Positions 61,311 through 64,000 of a stretch of DNA of 64,000 bases are shown here, piece after piece (position 1 is the first letter of the stretch; each line of letters begins with the position of its first letter). Origin of the DNA: Methanomassiliicoccaceae archaeon (GTDB taxonomy: Archaea; Thermoplasmatota; Thermoplasmata; Methanomassiliicoccales; Methanomassiliicoccaceae). Position numbers and translations under genes: made by a program. Location of the stretch: assembly GCA_963728405.1 (NCBI GenBank), contig CAVSJV010000007.1:128001-192000 (forward strand), in the 5' to 3' direction. Below the pieces are notes generated by a model. The model made no database searches, was not told where the DNA came from, and saw only the letters and a program-made list of their open reading frames with translations.

Positions 61311-61982
61311 TCACAGCTCGGTGCACAGCCGCACTAGTTTGTCGATCTGTACTGCCATGGAATCCCTAATGGCCAAGGCGTCGGTACCTCTCTCCCGGTA
61401 CGCCTTCTCCAGGAAGGACGGATACCAGCTGGATATGTGGTTGGAGGGGAGGGGGAGGAACACCAGCATGAGGCCTTCAGGCGGATAGTTGGTGCGAACC
61501 CAGTTCTTGGCCAGGTCGCCCAGCGTCACGATGGTCTGCACCCCCTCATCCAGCAGCGCGTCGACCTCTTTTCTGGAGAGGTCCATGCTGGTCCGGCCGA
61601 GCCCGGTGCTCTCCTCGGCGGGGGACCGATCGAGGTATATCAGATGGCCGTAATGGAAGAGCTTGTACAGCTGACGCATCTTCTCTTCCTCCTGTACGTC
61701 CCACATCTCCCGCAGGAAGTGCTGCACCCTGACCAGCATCCGACCGGGGTCCCCCGCCGCGAAGATCATGCGGCGGGCCGACTCATCGTCAAATGTCTTA
61801 CTGGCCCGGTAGATAGGCATGAGGGCCGGGGATGGGGATTCGGCCACTATGATCACCTTGACCTGTGGTGGACGGGGTACATTGATCTCCGCTCCACCGT
61901 AATCGATGCCCTTGGCGCCATCCCGTTCCATTCCGTCGACAGGCAAACTTATCCTCGGCCGGGACATGTGCAAGGGGCCCAT
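61311..61982 (-). CDS. Uracil-DNA glycosylase-like fold protein
   Basis: VIIVAESPS, IVTLGDLA, FLPLPS motifs (degenerate). Confidence 0.5.
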   Translation of the reverse strand: MGPLHMSRPRISLPVDGMERDGAKGIDYGGAEINVPRPPQVKVIIVAESPSPALMPIYRASKTFDDESARRMIFAAGDPGRMLVRVQHFLREMWDVQEEEKMRQLYKLFHYGHLIYLDRSPAEESTGLGRTSMDLSRKEVDALLDEGVQTIVTLGDLAKNWVRTNYPPEGLMLVFLPLPSNHISSWYPSFLEKAYRERGTDALAIRDSMAVQIDKLVRLCTEL

Positions 61983-62130
61983 AATATGTTATCATTGGTG
62001 GTGAGTCCCCGACCTATCGATGTTCCACCGTATGCCTGGTCAACACACCAATGCCGCCGTTGTGTTCAACTCCTTTCATTTCATGACAGAATGACCAATC
62101 TATTCATGGGATAGAGGGGATGACCGGAGC

Positions 62131-62523
62131 ATGGGAATTGCGGAACTGGCCGGATCGAAAGCGAGCACATTGCCTTTGATACTGGATGGCGGCCCCACCT
62201 CTGACCTGGAAACAGTGATCGTGGTGCTGATCATCGCCGCGGTGGTGATATTCCGTATTTTAATGCTAGGGAGGGCGAACGCCATGCGGACCAGGTGCCC
62301 CAGGTGCGGGACGGTGTTCGATATGTTGTTCGTCCGAGGCCCTCATCTCGGGCCGTGGAGATATGGTCGGTGTCCGTCCTGCCATAAGGGAGGCCTAATG
62401 CGCACCGGGATAAACGCCACCTTGACCTGGCCCGAAGAGGAAGATGGGGGTGAAGAGCGTCCCAACGGGCTGGACGAGAAGGAAGAACTAGACCGTCGCA
62501 TCCACGATTCGAAGTATGATTAG
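62131..62523 (+). CDS. Membrane-anchored zinc-ribbon protein
   Basis: TM helix, CPRCG..CPSC. Confidence 0.65.
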   Translation: MGIAELAGSKASTLPLILDGGPTSDLETVIVVLIIAAVVIFRILMLGRANAMRTRCPRCGTVFDMLFVRGPHLGPWRYGRCPSCHKGGLMRTGINATLTWPEEEDGGEERPNGLDEKEELDRRIHDSKYD

Positions 62524-62630
62524 CGGTCCGCTCCAGCCTGATCAGGGGAGTCAGGGGTCCGACCGCCCTCGGTCAGGCTGAAACGCCGTGTCCACAAAAA
62601 AGTTAATAACGCCACCCCAATGTCGCAGCA

Positions 62631-63875
62631 ATGATTCAGAGGCCCCGGGGGACCCGCGACTTCGGTCCCGAGGAGATGGAAAGGAGGCGCTATCTTGAAA
62701 ACATCATGCGCAGGGAGGCCGCGCTGTTCGGCTTCCGTGAGGTATCCACGCCCATCTTCGAGCATACTGAGCTCTTCACGCTCAAGTCCGGTCCCAATGT
62801 GGTCGAGGAGATCTACGCCTTCCATGATAAGGGAGGCAGGGAGATATCCCTCCGTCCGGAACTCACCGCCCCGGTCATGCGTTTCTTCGTCAACGAGCTG
62901 ACCAACTACGCACGTCCGCTGAAGATGTTCTACTTCGGCCAGTGCTTCCGTTACGAGCGGCCGCAGTCCGGCCGGTATCGCGAGTTCTACCAGTTCGGCG
63001 CCGAGCTCATCGGCAACCCCGGGCCGGAATCGGACGCTGAGGTCATCGCCCTGGCCGCCTCCATCATGAATAGGGTCGGGCTGAAGGAACACAATATCCG
63101 CATCGGCCACATCGGGGTGCTGCGGGGTATGCTCTCTCAGGCGGGCATCGATGGCGTCAAAGCCCCTCTCATCCTGCAGAAACTGGACAAGAAAGAGTAT
63201 GATGAGGCTAGGACCAGGATGACCGAGGCCGGCATGTCTGCCGAGGACATCGAGAGGATCATCGAGATCACCAAGACCACTGGGTCGGTGGAGGTGCTGG
63301 AGAAGATCAGTGGGGAAGCTAAGGACCATCTCGGGGCGGTCTTCCGCATACTCGCTGACTATGGGTTCACCAATGTCCAGGTCGATCTGGGTGTGGTCCG
63401 CGGACTAGACTACTACACGGGCATGGTGTTCGAGATGGATGCTCCGGTTCTAGGTGCGGAGAAGCAGATCTGCGGCGGAGGCTCGTACTCCCTGACCGAG
63501 CTGTTCGGAGGAGAGAAGACCTTCTCCACGGGGTTCGGGATCGGGTTCGACCGGACGCTGCTGGCCCTGGAGCGGGAAGGTTATCGGACGCCGATCCAGG
63601 CGGTCGGCGCTTACGTAATCCCAGTCAGCGATGCGGTCAAGGACGAGGCGTTTAAGATCACTGCCCAGCTTCGCCAGGCCGGCATCGTGACCGAGGTCGA
63701 CCTCATGGGCCGCAATGTCTCCAAGAACTTCAAGTACGCCGCCTCCATCAATGCCCGAATGGCCGTGATAGTGGGAGAGAAGGAGCTAGCCCAGGGATCG
63801 GTAGCGCTACGAAACATGACCACCGGCGAGCAGAAGTTGGTGAAGAAGGACGACCTTCTTTCAGAGCTGAATTAG
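62631..63875 (+). CDS. hisS: Histidine--tRNA ligase
   Basis: RGTRDF, LRPELT, FRYERPQSGRYREF, RGLDYY. Confidence 0.97.
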   Translation: MIQRPRGTRDFGPEEMERRRYLENIMRREAALFGFREVSTPIFEHTELFTLKSGPNVVEEIYAFHDKGGREISLRPELTAPVMRFFVNELTNYARPLKMFYFGQCFRYERPQSGRYREFYQFGAELIGNPGPESDAEVIALAASIMNRVGLKEHNIRIGHIGVLRGMLSQAGIDGVKAPLILQKLDKKEYDEARTRMTEAGMSAEDIERIIEITKTTGSVEVLEKISGEAKDHLGAVFRILADYGFTNVQVDLGVVRGLDYYTGMVFEMDAPVLGAEKQICGGGSYSLTELFGGEKTFSTGFGIGFDRTLLALEREGYRTPIQAVGAYVIPVSDAVKDEAFKITAQLRQAGIVTEVDLMGRNVSKNFKYAASINARMAVIVGEKELAQGSVALRNMTTGEQKLVKKDDLLSELN

Positions 63876-64000
63876 TAAAAAGTGCCCAAGGTCAGCGCTT
63901 GGTGGGGATTCGGAGGAAAAACTACTTCTTAGGAGGAGAGTTGAGCCACCGACCTCGGGCACCATATAAAACCTAATATTGGACTTCTATATAACCATAT

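Overview
Archaeal chromosome segment, most consistent with Thermoplasmatota/Methanomassiliicoccales (inferred from gene content: L37e, L41e, Sec61beta, class I LysRS, Topo VI, DRG GTPase, BHB-intron tRNAs). A GC-rich housekeeping backbone (purF, cimA, hom, nadE, ppa, lysS, top6AB, arcC, hisS) is interrupted by integrated or decayed elements at three tRNA genes (Ala, Trp, Glu). The main structure is at tRNA-Ala(GGC). Its 3' end recurs three more times downstream, each inside a conserved ~125-bp junction. These junctions delimit a 9.3-kb satellite-like element (integrase, P-loop replication protein, restriction-modification cargo) and two ~1.4-1.5-kb modules without an intact integrase, carrying a stand-alone MtrA-like gene and a cysteine synthase. 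Related end motifs recur at the Glu and Trp loci. A tRNA-Arg(UCU) has two BHB introns (37/38 and 59/60). All calls come from reading motifs by eye, with no database searches. Frameshifts concentrated in the islands may be real decay or sequencing error.
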